Source: Candidatus Latescibacterota bacterium (GTDB lineage Bacteria; Latescibacterota; UBA2968; UBA8231). From it: a DNA stretch of 64,000 nt. Below the pieces are notes generated by a model. It made no database searches. It was not told the origin of the DNA and saw only the letters and a list, made by a program, of their open reading frames with translations. Positions 37,751-49,165 of the stretch are shown here, piece after piece. The stretch is from positions 4,640,001 to 4,704,000 of the forward strand of contig OZ241362.1 in NCBI GenBank assembly GCA_965200315.1. The letters are read 5' to 3'. A program made the position numbers and the translations under genes. Every line of letters starts with the position of its first letter. Within the stretch, counting starts at the first letter, position 1.

Positions 37751-39031
37751 CTACCCTTCCTGCGTTGGAACCTGCCCGTCGGTCTTGTCGGCGATGACCG
37801 AAGCCAAATCAACGCCGGTGGTAGCCTTAATGCTCTCGAAAAGCGCAGGAGCCAGCGTCCCGATCTGGTTGACGACCGCTGGCAGCCCGCTCTGGCCGCC
37901 ATGGCCTGAATCGACGACGGCGAGGTGGTCAATTTTGATGTCTTTGGCCATGGCGGTGATTTGCTGGACCAAGCTCGGCAGCATCTGGATCAATAGCAGT
38001 TCCTTGCCGTTGGAACCAGCAAGGGTCCAGACCTCGTTTTTCTGCTTGAGTACCTCGATCTCGGCGAGGCCATTTTCGCGGATGTTGGCCGCTTCGCCCT
38101 TGGCGCGCAGCTCGGCCGCGTCGCGGTCGGCGCGGGCCGGCTCAATGACCTCGATCTCCAACTGGCGCTTCTGCAGCACCAAGCGCTCCTGCTCGACTTC
38201 CTGCTCGGCTTGGACTTCGGCTTTGCGGGCAACTTGCGCGGCGCGTTTCTCCGCAGCTAAGCCCTCGCCTTCCAAATCGGCCTTGCGAACTCGGAGCGTG
38301 TTTTGTGCATCGACGATCTGGACCTGAGCCTCGGCGTCGGCGACTTCGCCGCGACGGCGAGCTTCGGCGGATTTTTCCTGTGATTCAGCGCGGTTTTCAG
38401 CCTCGGCGATTTCAGCTTCCTTGAGGACTGAGGCCGTGCTCTTGCGGCCAATAGCGTCGAGATAGCCAACATCGTCGGCGACGTTCTGGATTTTGAGCGT
38501 GTCGAGCACCAAGCCGAGCTTCTGTAGATCGACGTCGGCCTCGCCGATGAGCGATTGGGCGAATTTGAGGCGGTCCTCGTTGACCTCTTCGGGGGTCAGG
38601 GTGGCGAGGACGCCGCGCAGGTTGCCTTCGAGCGTATCTTTGGCAATGTCTTGGACTTCGGCGAGCGCGATGCCCAAGAATCGCTCTAGCGCGTTGCCGA
38701 GCAGCGGCTCGTCACCAGCGATCTTGATATTGGCGATGCCCTGCACCGACAACGGGATGCCGCCTTTGGAGTACGCGTTCGTGATCGACACTTCGAGGGG
38801 AATCGTGCGCAAGTCGAGGCGATCGACCTTTTCGAGGAGTGGGATGCGGAAGGCGCGGCCCCCCTTAATCACTCGGTAGCCCACCTCACGACCGTCGGCC
38901 GTCTGGCGTTTGCGACCCGAGAAAATGATTACTTCGTTGGGCTGGCAGATAAAGAGGTTCAGCCGGACGACGGAGATCACCACGATCAGCAACACCGCGA
39001 AAACTAGGGCGAAAGTCAGGAACATTTCCAT
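37751..39031 (-). CDS. Flotillin/SPFH domain protein
   Basis: N-terminal TM, PNEVIIFSG, LEGNLRGVL, AEA-rich coiled coil. Confidence 0.92.
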   Translation of the reverse strand: MEMFLTFALVFAVLLIVVISVVRLNLFICQPNEVIIFSGRKRQTADGREVGYRVIKGGRAFRIPLLEKVDRLDLRTIPLEVSITNAYSKGGIPLSVQGIANIKIAGDEPLLGNALERFLGIALAEVQDIAKDTLEGNLRGVLATLTPEEVNEDRLKFAQSLIGEADVDLQKLGLVLDTLKIQNVADDVGYLDAIGRKSTASVLKEAEIAEAENRAESQEKSAEARRRGEVADAEAQVQIVDAQNTLRVRKADLEGEGLAAEKRAAQVARKAEVQAEQEVEQERLVLQKRQLEIEVIEPARADRDAAELRAKGEAANIRENGLAEIEVLKQKNEVWTLAGSNGKELLLIQMLPSLVQQITAMAKDIKIDHLAVVDSGHGGQSGLPAVVNQIGTLAPALFESIKATTGVDLASVIADKTDGQVPTQEG

Positions 39032-39107
39032 CTGGCACCTCCTGAGGCGTTTGCGGCGTAATATACGGAAAGAAACCGCTAAATCCTACGAAGGTTTGCT
39101 CGACAAT

Positions 39108-40568
39108 TTAATAAGCTCCCTTAATCCGCCCGAACCACCCGCGCAACGGGTCGCCCAATTCCTCCATGTAGCGATCCATCCGCCCCATCAAGTCGTGGCG
39201 CACGGCTTCATAAGCCGGATTGCCATACACATTGTCGAGCTGATAAGGGTCGCGTTGCAAGTCGTACAGCTCGCCCGGATCGCCCGAATTAAAGGTGAAC
39301 TGATGGGTGCGGGTGCGGACCATGCGCTGGTTGACGACCGTAAAATGGCGGTCAAACACGCAGTAGACTTCCTCGCGGCCATTGGCAAACGGGCGTCCCT
39401 CAATGGCCGGGAGAAAGGACTGCCCGTCGAGGTCGGAAGGAACTTTGAGACCAGCCGCGTCGAGCGACGAAAGCATGATCTCGTGCAGATAGACGAACTC
39501 GTCGCAGGCCGTGCCGGGTGCCTCGCAGGCGGGATGGGCGATGACGAGCGGGATGCGGTAGATCTCGTCGTACATGAACTCGCCCTTCTCGATCAGCTTG
39601 TGTGCGCCGAGGCAATCGCCGTGATCCGAGGTATAGACGATGATGGTGTCGTCGAGAACGCCCAGTCGTTCCAAATGGGCCACCACTCGCCCCACCATAT
39701 CGTCGATCAGCGTGCAATGCCCAAAGTAGCGAGCGGCGATTTCCTGAAAGCCCGCCCAACCGTAGTCGCCCAATCCCCACAGCCGCTCGATTAACTGCTG
39801 GCGATAGGGCTTTTTCTCAAACGTCTCGGCGTACCCAGGATGTTCGGGAATGGCTTTTGGATCGTACATGGAAAAGTACGGCTCCGGCACCAGCGACGGA
39901 CTGTGCGGCCCCCAAAAGTTGGCCCACAAGAAGAACGGCTGCTCAGCGGTGGCCACTTCGTCGAGGACGCGAATAGCTTCTTCGGCGACGAAATACTCTA
40001 TGCACGACTCGACCGGCCCCTCGTGCAATGCGAACATCTCCTGAGCCTGATTCGAGGGGTTGGTGCCGACAAAGCGGTGCGACACCGGCGGCGGTGGGTC
40101 AAAGCCGCGTTCTTTTAGATAGTCGGCATACGGGTTGTGTCCCCTCGGTTTGGCGCCAAACTGCAAACCGGGCAGCAGGTCGGAACCCGGAAAGGCATAG
40201 CCCATAAAGTCTTGGCCTGCAAACCCGTAACCCGTCGGGCCGGTTTGCTCATCCACGTGCCACTTGCCGGCGTATCCACAGCGATAGCCGGCCTCGTCCA
40301 GATAGTGATTTAGACCGCGCAGGCCCTCGCGCAAGCACAGGCCGTTGGCCGTAACCCCGTGCCTGTGAGGGTAAAGACCCGTGTAAAAGGAAGCGCGGGC
40401 CGGCGAGCAGATCGCCGTCGGCGTAAACGCCGAGTCAAAGCGAACGCCACGCGCCGCCAACGCGTCGATGTGCGGCGTCCGGCACACCTCGTTCAGCCCG
40501 TAGCAGCTCACCGTGTCGAGCCGCTGTTGGTCGGACATTAGGACGACGACATTAGGTTGCTTAGCCAT
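39108..40568 (-). CDS. Sulfatase (formylglycine-dependent)
   Basis: SDQQR, CSPARAS, GKWH, TSDHG. Start moved to MAKQPN. Confidence 0.93.
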   Translation of the reverse strand: MAKQPNVVVLMSDQQRLDTVSCYGLNEVCRTPHIDALAARGVRFDSAFTPTAICSPARASFYTGLYPHRHGVTANGLCLREGLRGLNHYLDEAGYRCGYAGKWHVDEQTGPTGYGFAGQDFMGYAFPGSDLLPGLQFGAKPRGHNPYADYLKERGFDPPPPVSHRFVGTNPSNQAQEMFALHEGPVESCIEYFVAEEAIRVLDEVATAEQPFFLWANFWGPHSPSLVPEPYFSMYDPKAIPEHPGYAETFEKKPYRQQLIERLWGLGDYGWAGFQEIAARYFGHCTLIDDMVGRVVAHLERLGVLDDTIIVYTSDHGDCLGAHKLIEKGEFMYDEIYRIPLVIAHPACEAPGTACDEFVYLHEIMLSSLDAAGLKVPSDLDGQSFLPAIEGRPFANGREEVYCVFDRHFTVVNQRMVRTRTHQFTFNSGDPGELYDLQRDPYQLDNVYGNPAYEAVRHDLMGRMDRYMEELGDPLRGWFGRIKGAY

Positions 40569-40569
40569 G

Positions 40570-41538
40570 TTAGCGCTCCTCGCGCCGCAAATCCAGCCAC
40601 GCCATCTCCGCCTCAGTGAGCGGGTTGTGGAGCGCTTGGACGTTGGCCGCGATCTCATCGCCGCTCATGCTACCGACCAAGGCGTAGATGTCGAGCGGAT
40701 AGCTGAGCACGTACGACAAGGCGATCTGCGGCACCGACAGCCCCTTGTCTTCCGCTAGTTTCCACGCGCGATCGAGCCGCTTGAAGTTGTCTTCGCAGTA
40801 GTACGATTTGGGCATGGAGCCGTCGAATTGGTCGCGCATTTGCTCGGCGTTGGCGCGGGTGATTTTGCCCGAGAAGAAGCCGCGCGCCACGCTCGACCAA
40901 GTAAAGAGCGGCATGTCGTGCTCGGCGTACCACGCCCGGGCGGCAGCTTGGCCTGGCCCGGCAATCGATAGGCAATCCTTCCACGGCTCGGCGATCTGAT
41001 CGGCCAAGCTGAAGTTCGGACTGGAAGCGGCAAAAGGCACGAGCCCGCGTTTGTCGGCGTATTCGTTAGCCTCGGCCAAGCGCTCCGGCGTCCAATTCGA
41101 GCCGCCAAAAGCGTGGATGCGGCCGGCGACGTGGTGCTCGTTGAGTGCCTCGACGATAGGGCCGACCGGGACCGCCGGATCGTCGCGGTGCAACAGGTAG
41201 AGGTCGATGTAGTCGGAGCGCAGACGCACGAGCGAGTCGGCCATGTCCGCGGCGATGTCGTACGGGGTGACGCGGTTGCGGTCTTGGTTGAGATGGGCGC
41301 CCTTGCCAATGATGACGATTTCATCGCGGTTGCCCCTTTCCTCCATCCACAGCCCCAGCATGCGATCCACTTCGCCGCCGCCGTAGCCATGAGCCGAATC
41401 GTAGGTCGTGATGCCAGCCTGCCAAGCGGCGTCGAGCAAGGCAAAGCCTGCTTCCTTATTGCTGCGATTGAGCATGATCGAGCCTTGAACTATGCGCGAG
41501 ATCTTTTTTTTGATGCCTTGTACGTTGCCGTATTGCAC
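40570..41538 (-). CDS. Aldo/keto reductase
   Basis: DSAHGYG, YIDLYLLHRDD, GGSNW. Confidence 0.92.
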   Translation of the reverse strand: MQYGNVQGIKKKISRIVQGSIMLNRSNKEAGFALLDAAWQAGITTYDSAHGYGGGEVDRMLGLWMEERGNRDEIVIIGKGAHLNQDRNRVTPYDIAADMADSLVRLRSDYIDLYLLHRDDPAVPVGPIVEALNEHHVAGRIHAFGGSNWTPERLAEANEYADKRGLVPFAASSPNFSLADQIAEPWKDCLSIAGPGQAAARAWYAEHDMPLFTWSSVARGFFSGKITRANAEQMRDQFDGSMPKSYYCEDNFKRLDRAWKLAEDKGLSVPQIALSYVLSYPLDIYALVGSMSGDEIAANVQALHNPLTEAEMAWLDLRREER

Positions 41539-41551
41539 GAGTGTTTTCCTT

Positions 41552-42535
41552 TCATTCCATTGGGTATTTTAGGCCGATCTGGGCGCGGATTTCGTCGAGG
41601 ATCCTCATCAGCGCCACCGTTTCGTCGAGCGGCATGCCCGCACTCTCGGTCTGATCTTCGCCGAGACAGCGGGCGACTTCTTGCGCCTCGTAGTTGTAGC
41701 CATTGCCCACCAAAGGCAACTCGATGCGCTCTTCGCGGCCTCCGGCTTTGAGCGTGGCGCTTTCGCCCTTCCACCACGACGGGTCAAGGGCAATCGTCCC
41801 CTCGCTGCCGACGATGCGCGCTTCGTGCGAAGTCGAAGCGCGGATGGCGCAAGACAGGTTGGCGACGGCACCGCCGCTATAGAGGAGTACGATGCCCGTT
41901 TGTTCGTCAACGCCGGTTTTCCCGAGGTGCGCGGCCGCGGCGATCTGAGCTGGCTGCGACCCAAGCACCATCGCCGCAAAGGAGACGACGTATATGCCGA
42001 TGTCGAGCAGAGCACCACCGCCCAAGGCGGGGTTAAAAAGCCGACCGTCGGGATTGACGCCCGCGCGAAAACCAAAGTCAGCGCTAACCATCAACGGCTC
42101 GCCAATGGCACCAGCGTCGAGCCACTGGCGCACCTGCGCCATAATGGGCAGGTAGCGGGTCCACATGGCCTCCATCAGAAAGACGCCGTTGGCGCGGGCA
42201 CAGGCGACGACGGCTTCGGCCTCAGTGGCGTTGATGGTAAAGGGCTTCTCGCAGAGCACGGCCTTGCCGGCTTTGAGGCAGAGAATCGAATTGTCTTTGT
42301 GGAAGGGATGGGGGGTAGCCACGTATATCGCGTCGATGTCGGGATCGGCGCTGAGGGCCTCGTACGAGGCGTGACGGTTGGGGGCACCGTACTGGTCGGC
42401 AAAGGCGTCGGCGCGCTGCTGGTCGCGCGAGCCAACGGCGACCAACTCTCCTTCGGGAATGGCTTGGAGGCCAACAGCAAATTTGTGGGCAATGCTGCCC
42501 GGGCCGAGGACCCCCCAGCGGATGGGTTCGGTCAT
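41552..42535 (-). CDS. Gfo/Idh/MocA family oxidoreductase
   Basis: GPGSIA, VLCEKP, EAMWTRY, GGALLDIGIY. Confidence 0.93.
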   Translation of the reverse strand: MTEPIRWGVLGPGSIAHKFAVGLQAIPEGELVAVGSRDQQRADAFADQYGAPNRHASYEALSADPDIDAIYVATPHPFHKDNSILCLKAGKAVLCEKPFTINATEAEAVVACARANGVFLMEAMWTRYLPIMAQVRQWLDAGAIGEPLMVSADFGFRAGVNPDGRLFNPALGGGALLDIGIYVVSFAAMVLGSQPAQIAAAAHLGKTGVDEQTGIVLLYSGGAVANLSCAIRASTSHEARIVGSEGTIALDPSWWKGESATLKAGGREERIELPLVGNGYNYEAQEVARCLGEDQTESAGMPLDETVALMRILDEIRAQIGLKYPME

Positions 42536-42624
42536 GGATACTCCTAGCTTGGACTGATGTGAAAAATAAGTGAGGATATAGTTTGGCCGGGCGTAGGAAA
42601 GACGTCAAGGATTGGCGAGTGTCC

Positions 42625-42708
42625 TTGACCGCTGGCGACAAAGCCACCCAACAACGCGGAGACATCGCCAAAGCTCGGCGTCTCAGGGAACGCTACTTAC
42701 AAAATTAG
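42625..42708 (+). pseudogene. C-terminal remnant of a RelE/HigB-type addiction-module toxin
   Basis: LTAGDKATQQRGDIAKARRLRERYLQN*, resembling the GGDKxTQxxDI motif. Sits directly before an antidote-like ORF. Confidence 0.6.
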
Positions 42709-42717
42709 GAGGGCATT

Positions 42718-42921
42718 ATGGCGCTTACCACACACGATGACTACGCCCGACTGCGAGCGAATCGAGATCCAGAATTCGCCCGACTGCTACGTCAAAGAGC
42801 GGTTGAACTTTTGGACGGTGATGAAGAGGATCGCCGGATTGCCCGACGGATACTCCAGAATCAGCTCGGGATCGCCGCTAGCGAAATCGAGGAACTGGAA
42901 CGGGAGAAGGCGACCGCCTGA
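42718..42921 (+). CDS. Short addiction-module antitoxin-like protein (no HTH visible)
   Basis: AGGAGG RBS; MALT...RDPEFA..L motif; 67 aa. Confidence 0.55.
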   Translation: MALTTHDDYARLRANRDPEFARLLRQRAVELLDGDEEDRRIARRILQNQLGIAASEIEELEREKATA

Positions 42922-43032
42922 TGAGATAGGAGGGCAGATTGGATTTTGTCCAAAACGGCCCTGCGCAACCGCGATGGTGTGAAATGCGTTGTGCTTTTTG
43001 CGGCTAATCTCGGTAGATTCGCCGTTCAATAG

Positions 43033-46000
43033 TCAGCTCGTATCGGCAAAGTCGCGAGCATTTTGAAATAGCTTCAGCCACGGCCCTTCTCCGCCCGTCC
43101 ACTCCGCCGGACGCCAAGAAAGCTGGACATTGCGGAAGACGCGCTCGGGGTGCGGCATCATAATGGTGGCGCGGCCATCAGCGCTGGTCAGAGCTGTCAA
43201 CCCGCCGGGCGAGCCGTTCGGGTTGGACGGATAGCGTTCGGCCGGCTGACCGTAATTATCCACGTAGCGCAAGCAAAGCTGATTTTGCATCCGCACTCGT
43301 TCTATTTTTCGCTCATCGCCAAATTGGACGCGGCCCTCGCCGTGCGCCACCGCAATGGGCAAACGAGACCCCGCCATGCCGCACAAGAGCACCGACAGGC
43401 TCTCCAGCACCTCTACGGTGGCGAACCGCGCCTCAAACTGCTCGGAGCGGTTGCGCACAAATTGCGGCCAGTTGGCCGCGCCTGGGATCAGCTCCTTGAG
43501 GTGCGACAGCATCTGGCAGCCATTGCACACCCCCAAGGAAAAGGTATCCGGCCGCTCGAAGAAGGCGGCGAATTGCTCGCGCAGGCGGTCGTGGAAGAGA
43601 ATCGAACGCGCCCAGCCAGCCCCGGCCCCAAGCACGTCTCCGTAGCTGAAGCCGCCGCAGGCAGCCAGCCCGTGAAACGAACTCAATTTGACGCGGGCGG
43701 CCAACAGGTCGGTCATGGTCACGTCAACCGCTTCGCAGGCGGCTGCGTCAAAGGCCGCGGCCATTTCCACCTGACCGTTGATGCCCTGTTCACGCAGTAT
43801 CGCCACGCGGGGCCGCGCCTTCCCTCCTATGGTCGGAGCGACTTTGTGCGCCAAGTGGAAGTTCAGGCCCGAGTCTTGGCCGTCGGCAAGGGCCTCGAAC
43901 TCCTCGCGGGCGCAGTCTGGGGAGTCGCGGTGGGCCTGCATCCGATACGTCAGTTCCGCCCATGCCGCGTGAAGGGCGAGCAGTGGGGCTTCATAGACGA
44001 GATCGTCGCCGTGGCAAATGCGCAGGTGTAAGTCGTCACTAGGCTGGCCCACGCCGTCGACCAAGTCGGCGATGCCTTGGTCCGCAAAGACCTCGTACAC
44101 GGCTTCTTCATCTTCAGAGCGATATTGGATCACAGCGCCCACTTCTTCGCAAAAGAGCGCGGCGAGTGGGTCGCAGCCCAGCGCGGCAATTTCTAGCTCC
44201 ACGCCGTAGCGGCCAGCAAACGCCATCTCGGCCACCGCAGTGAAAAGACCGCCATCGGACCGGTCGTGGTACGCGAGTACGAGCTCTTGGTCGAGCAGAG
44301 TCTGCACGGCCTCGTACAAGCCGCGCACATCGCCTGCATCTACGTCTGGGACCTCGCCACCGATCTGATTGTACGTTTGAGCAAGACAAGAGCCGCCGAG
44401 ACGGTTTTGCCCGCGACCCAAATCCACCACCAGCAGCCGGGTGTCGCCCCGCTTTAGGTCGGGCGTGGCGTGGCGGCGCACATCGTCCACCGGCGCGAAG
44501 GCCGAGACGACCACGCTCAACGGCGCGACCACCTTGTGAGCCGCGCCCTCGTCGTCTTCCCACACCGCCCGCATGGACAGCGAGTCTTTCCCCACCGGGA
44601 TCGACACCCCTACTGCCGGGCAAAACTCCAACCCCACGGCGCGCACGGTGTCGTAGAGAGCCGCGTCTTCGCCCTCTTCGCCGCAGGCGCACATCCAGTT
44701 GCCCGACAGCTTGATGCGGTGAATCGGGCCGATGCGCGCCGCCGCGATGTTGGCAATGGCCTCGGCAATGGCCATGCGCCCGGACGCCGGCGCATCCACC
44801 AAGGCGAGGGGTGTGCGCTCACCCATAGCCATGGCCGACCCGGTGTACCCCTGAAAAGAGTGGCAAGTCAGCGCCAGATCTGCGACCGGCACCTGATGGG
44901 GGCCGACCATCTGATCGCGGGCCACCAAGCCGGTGACCGTGCGGTCGGCAATGGTGATGAGGAAGGTCTTGGCTGCCACAGCCGGGAAGCGGAGTACGCG
45001 CTCTACAGCCTCGGCTATCGAAGGCTCTCCTAGGTCGAGGGGCGGCCGCACGGGCTGGCTGCGCGTGGCTCGGCGCAGCATCTTGGGCGGCTTGCCCAAA
45101 ATCACCGCTAGGTTGAGGTCGTCGATGGGCTTGCCGCCGAGCAGAGAGTCGTCGAGAGACAGCGTGCCATCGCCAGTGATCTCGCCGATGACCGCAAACA
45201 GGCAGCGCTCGCGCGCGGCCAACTCAGCAAAGCGCTCCAAGTCAGCGCAGCCTACCACCAGCACGTAGCGCTCTTGCGCCTCATTGCTCCAAATTTGCAT
45301 CGGGCTCATGCCCGGATCGTCGTTGTGAATGGCCCGCAAGTCAAAGTGTGCCCCCACGTCTGCCACCAACTCCGGGCAAGCGTTGGACAGGCCACCGGCC
45401 CCCACGTCGTGGATGCTGATGATGGGGTTTTCCGCACCGAGCGAGATGCAGCGGCTGATCAGCTCTTGGCAGCGGCGCTGCATCTCGGGATTGTCGCGTT
45501 GCACCGAGGCAAAGTCGAGTTCCTCGCTGTTGGCCCCGGTATCCATGCTGGAGGCCGCGCCTCCACCGAGGCCGATGAGCATGGCCGGCCCCCCGAGCTG
45601 AATGACGCAATCGCCCGCAGCCGGAGTTTTCTTTTCCACGTGCATAGCGTCGATGAGGCCAACGCCGCCAGCGACCATGATCGGCTTGTGATAGCCGCGC
45701 CACACCCCAGTGCTGTCATCCTCCAAGGTGCGAAACATCCCGAGGATGTTCGGTCGGCCGAATTCATTGCCAAAGGCCGCGCCGCCAATCGGCCCTTCGG
45801 TCATAATGGCCAGCGGGGTAGCCAAGCGGTCTGGGAAGGCCGCGCGCTCTTTTTCCCACGGCTGGGCAAACTCGGGCAAGCGCAGATGCGAGGTAAAAAA
45901 GGCGCACAGGCCCGCCTGCGACCAGCCGCCGGTACCAGCCGCCCCCTCGTCGCGAATCTCCCCTCCAACTCCAGTAGATGCCCCTGGATAAGGCGCAATG

Positions 46001-46896
46001 GCAGTAGGATGGTTGTGAGTCTCGACCTTGATCAAGACGTGAGATTGCCGCTGGCGATAGCCATAGCGAAAATCGTCGTCTAGCTGCGGGCCAAAGACCG
46101 ACACGTCAAAGCCCTCAATTACGCCGGCGTTGTCGGAATAGGCCTTAACCGTGCCTTCGGGATGGGACGCGTGCGTGTGGCGAATCATGTCGAAGAGCGA
46201 GCGAGTCTCGCGCTGGCCGTCGATGATCCAATCGGCATTGAAAATTTTGTGGCGGCAGTGCTCGGAGTTGACCACCGCAAACATCATCAACTCCACGTCG
46301 GTCGGGTCGCGCCCAGCAAAGGCGTGCAGCGCGTAGTCGATTTCCTCGTCCGAGAGGGCCAAGCCCATCTCGCGGTTGGCGGCCACGAGCGCACATCGTC
46401 CCTCGGCCCGCACCGGAATATGGACTAGCGGCTTGGGAGCCACGCGGCGAAAGAGGGTTTCTAAGGAGTCGAGCGGGGCCTCAATCATGCGGTCGTAGAG
46501 CAGCGGCAAGACGACTCGACTGAGCTCGCCGAAGCCCTCACTAGGCACTTTATCGGCGGCAAAGGAATACAGAGTACCGCGCTCAACGCGATGCACGAAT
46601 TCGAGGCCGCAGTTTTTGAGAATATCGGTAGCCTTGCTCGACCACGGAGATGTCGTGCCCGGCCGCGGACCAATGGCCACCTCGTTGTGCGCCCGCGCCG
46701 GCAAAGTCGCGTCCACATTGAGGATGTGCATGAGTCGCGCCAGCTCATCGTCCGCTAGGGTCCGCGCACATTGCACGGCATAGAAGTACGTGGCACTCAA
46801 ATCCTCAACTTCGGGTGCGCAATGCTGGCAGCTCACCAGCAGCGACTGGCGGCGAAGGGACGATAGGGCCGGGGGGCCGACAAAGGCGAGTAACAT
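43033..46896 (-). CDS. purL: Phosphoribosylformylglycinamidine synthase (large single-chain type)
   Basis: [46 protein letters not shown]. Confidence 0.98.
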   Translation of the reverse strand: MLLAFVGPPALSSLRRQSLLVSCQHCAPEVEDLSATYFYAVQCARTLADDELARLMHILNVDATLPARAHNEVAIGPRPGTTSPWSSKATDILKNCGLEFVHRVERGTLYSFAADKVPSEGFGELSRVVLPLLYDRMIEAPLDSLETLFRRVAPKPLVHIPVRAEGRCALVAANREMGLALSDEEIDYALHAFAGRDPTDVELMMFAVVNSEHCRHKIFNADWIIDGQRETRSLFDMIRHTHASHPEGTVKAYSDNAGVIEGFDVSVFGPQLDDDFRYGYRQRQSHVLIKVETHNHPTAIAPYPGASTGVGGEIRDEGAAGTGGWSQAGLCAFFTSHLRLPEFAQPWEKERAAFPDRLATPLAIMTEGPIGGAAFGNEFGRPNILGMFRTLEDDSTGVWRGYHKPIMVAGGVGLIDAMHVEKKTPAAGDCVIQLGGPAMLIGLGGGAASSMDTGANSEELDFASVQRDNPEMQRRCQELISRCISLGAENPIISIHDVGAGGLSNACPELVADVGAHFDLRAIHNDDPGMSPMQIWSNEAQERYVLVVGCADLERFAELAARERCLFAVIGEITGDGTLSLDDSLLGGKPIDDLNLAVILGKPPKMLRRATRSQPVRPPLDLGEPSIAEAVERVLRFPAVAAKTFLITIADRTVTGLVARDQMVGPHQVPVADLALTCHSFQGYTGSAMAMGERTPLALVDAPASGRMAIAEAIANIAAARIGPIHRIKLSGNWMCACGEEGEDAALYDTVRAVGLEFCPAVGVSIPVGKDSLSMRAVWEDDEGAAHKVVAPLSVVVSAFAPVDDVRRHATPDLKRGDTRLLVVDLGRGQNRLGGSCLAQTYNQIGGEVPDVDAGDVRGLYEAVQTLLDQELVLAYHDRSDGGLFTAVAEMAFAGRYGVELEIAALGCDPLAALFCEEVGAVIQYRSEDEEAVYEVFADQGIADLVDGVGQPSDDLHLRICHGDDLVYEAPLLALHAAWAELTYRMQAHRDSPDCAREEFEALADGQDSGLNFHLAHKVAPTIGGKARPRVAILREQGINGQVEMAAAFDAAACEAVDVTMTDLLAARVKLSSFHGLAACGGFSYGDVLGAGAGWARSILFHDRLREQFAAFFERPDTFSLGVCNGCQMLSHLKELIPGAANWPQFVRNRSEQFEARFATVEVLESLSVLLCGMAGSRLPIAVAHGEGRVQFGDERKIERVRMQNQLCLRYVDNYGQPAERYPSNPNGSPGGLTALTSADGRATIMMPHPERVFRNVQLSWRPAEWTGGEGPWLKLFQNARDFADTS

Positions 46897-47179
46897 GGGT
46901 TAGTGGTTAGTAGCTAAGAACACGACAGTAATCTAAGTTTTGGTCTGGCCCTGATTTAGGTTTATTTTTACTCGCGCTGATTACAAATAAAGTGCCCTAA
47001 ACACAGGAGCCGTAGCGTGCCTATTCATACGCTAAAGAAAGCCCTCATGCAAGAGGCTGTATCCCTCACGCGCCCCCGTATCGACCTGCGTAGCGGCTTG
47101 GTCTGTACGCTGATACCAGTGCGCCGGGGCAATCGGAGAAAACGGGCGTGTAGTCGGCCGGGGTCCGACAGCTCCGTCC

Positions 47180-49162
47180 CTAAAACACAATGCTCGACAC
47201 GGCCTTGGAAATCAGTGCCAGCGCGATGGAAGACATGCCGACCAGCCCCATGCCGCACGAATAGCCGGCCAACAAAATCGGCGCGTACGCCCGCCAGCGC
47301 GCCTCGCCAAAGCGCTTCTGCAAGTGATAGCGGCCCAGCAAGGCACCGATGAAGTTGGGCAGCAGAAAGTGCGGCCACGCGCCCACACCACCGATGAATC
47401 CGTAGAACAGGGCGACCGGCCACCTCAAGAGCGCCAGCGCCCCCAAAATTCCCGCGCTGCCCAGCGCCCCCGTGAGCACGTATTCCCAGCGAATGATGGT
47501 CTTGATCAGCTCGTTGCCCCCCTCGGCGAGGGTGGATTTGGCCCAGAACGCCTGCATAGTGGCGTGGAAGGGCCAAAACTTCTGCACGTAGGGATAGGCC
47601 GACGAGGGAATCGGCCCGAGCTTCCAGATAAAGGACCAGAATATAAACGAGCAGACGAACATGATCAGCAAGGTTACGCCGGCCAGCTTGACGATGCTGC
47701 CGAAGTGGGTGCGGGTCAGTTCTAGTTGCTTGAAGGCCGCGGCTTCGTAGCCCCACTGGAAGAGCGGAATCGGCGCGAACCACACGGCCGCGCCCTGATA
47801 GCCCGACAGGTAAAAGGAGCCTTCGCGCAGATAGGGAAAGGACGCCCCTTGCGGCGAGCCGGTCAGGCCGATCATGCGCGCGCCGATGTACGAGTAAATC
47901 GGCGTCCACACAAAGCCGAAGAACGCGCTAATCCACCAAGGGAATTCCGGCACCAAATACCACACCAAGACCACGAAGCCGAGCGTACTCACCGCCCAGA
48001 TGCCCAAGGCGAGGGGGATGGGGATGTCGCCGCGGCCCTCGGGCAGGCCCTCGTCGCCGCCTTCGCGCTTGACCCCGCGCAAAGTCCACAGGGTCTTGCC
48101 CACCATGGCAAAACCCATCAGAGCCACCATGACTGCGCCGCCAATGGAGAAGCTAAGCCAGAAGTCGAAGGAATTGGCGATCTGCGTGGGGATCGCCGAC
48201 ATGCCCGGCTCCCAGGTGTGCAGTACGTCGTAGGCGTAGAGCACCGGGTTGACGAGGATGTTGACGAGAAAGGCCGCGGCAAAGGAGCCGACCACGATCC
48301 AAAAGGGCAAGACAAAGCCGACCATGACGTGTCCGAGGTCCGTGCCCAGGCCCATGATGCTGGCCGGCAGCATTTCCTTGAGCGAGACGGTCAGATCGAT
48401 AAATGGAATCGGCAAGATCGTCACGGTTTCAGTGAAGAAAATGCCCGAGATCGTGGGGATGACTACGTAGAACAGCCCCCAGATAATGCCGATAAAGGCC
48501 CCGACGCTAAAGACCTCCCACCGCCAGCCTTGGCTCGGTCCCGAGCTCTCGGCGAGGGCGGTCGCGCCGCCGGCCTGCACCGCTGCCAGCGGGTACGGCA
48601 GGCGCTCGATGTCGTTGGTGATGCGGAAGAGCACGTAGCCGAGGGATAGGCTGTTGATCTTCTGCATCACGATGACGGTCAGCAGCAGGGCGATGGGCTT
48701 GAGCCAAGCGGGGTGTAAAAAGGAGCGCCCCTCCAGCCCCGGCGAGCCGCGCGGAGGCACCACCCAATCGGGGATGTGCTGGTGCAAGCCGTCGGCTTGG
48801 GGCGATTGGATCAAGTACTGGTCCCAGATCAGCCCGCCAAAAGGCCCGCCGAACAGCTCGGCGCCGGTGCCCAACTTGCCGCCCATCATGACTAGGCCGC
48901 CAGCCACCCAGTAGAGAATGATCACCTCTTGGGTGCGCAGGCGCGCAAAGGAACGCTTGGCGATTTCGATGAAGAGGATGAGCGTCACCCACTCGGCACC
49001 GCCGGCCATGCTCTGGCCGGTCACCAACCCCAAATAGATGGCCCCGGGCAGCATGATGAAGCCAACGAAGAGCGCGGCCCACAAGGTCTTGAGGTTGAAA
49101 CCCGGTTCAAATTCGAGGTCTGCGGGAATGAGTTCGGGCGTTTTTTTGTCGTCTTTGGCCAT
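47180..49162 (-). CDS. OPT-superfamily-like polytopic membrane transporter
   Basis: 660 aa, roughly 15 hydrophobic segments, ERLPYPLA motif resembling the OPT LxFP segment. Confidence 0.65.
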   Translation of the reverse strand: MAKDDKKTPELIPADLEFEPGFNLKTLWAALFVGFIMLPGAIYLGLVTGQSMAGGAEWVTLILFIEIAKRSFARLRTQEVIILYWVAGGLVMMGGKLGTGAELFGGPFGGLIWDQYLIQSPQADGLHQHIPDWVVPPRGSPGLEGRSFLHPAWLKPIALLLTVIVMQKINSLSLGYVLFRITNDIERLPYPLAAVQAGGATALAESSGPSQGWRWEVFSVGAFIGIIWGLFYVVIPTISGIFFTETVTILPIPFIDLTVSLKEMLPASIMGLGTDLGHVMVGFVLPFWIVVGSFAAAFLVNILVNPVLYAYDVLHTWEPGMSAIPTQIANSFDFWLSFSIGGAVMVALMGFAMVGKTLWTLRGVKREGGDEGLPEGRGDIPIPLALGIWAVSTLGFVVLVWYLVPEFPWWISAFFGFVWTPIYSYIGARMIGLTGSPQGASFPYLREGSFYLSGYQGAAVWFAPIPLFQWGYEAAAFKQLELTRTHFGSIVKLAGVTLLIMFVCSFIFWSFIWKLGPIPSSAYPYVQKFWPFHATMQAFWAKSTLAEGGNELIKTIIRWEYVLTGALGSAGILGALALLRWPVALFYGFIGGVGAWPHFLLPNFIGALLGRYHLQKRFGEARWRAYAPILLAGYSCGMGLVGMSSIALALISKAVSSIVF

Positions 49163-49165
49163 GTG

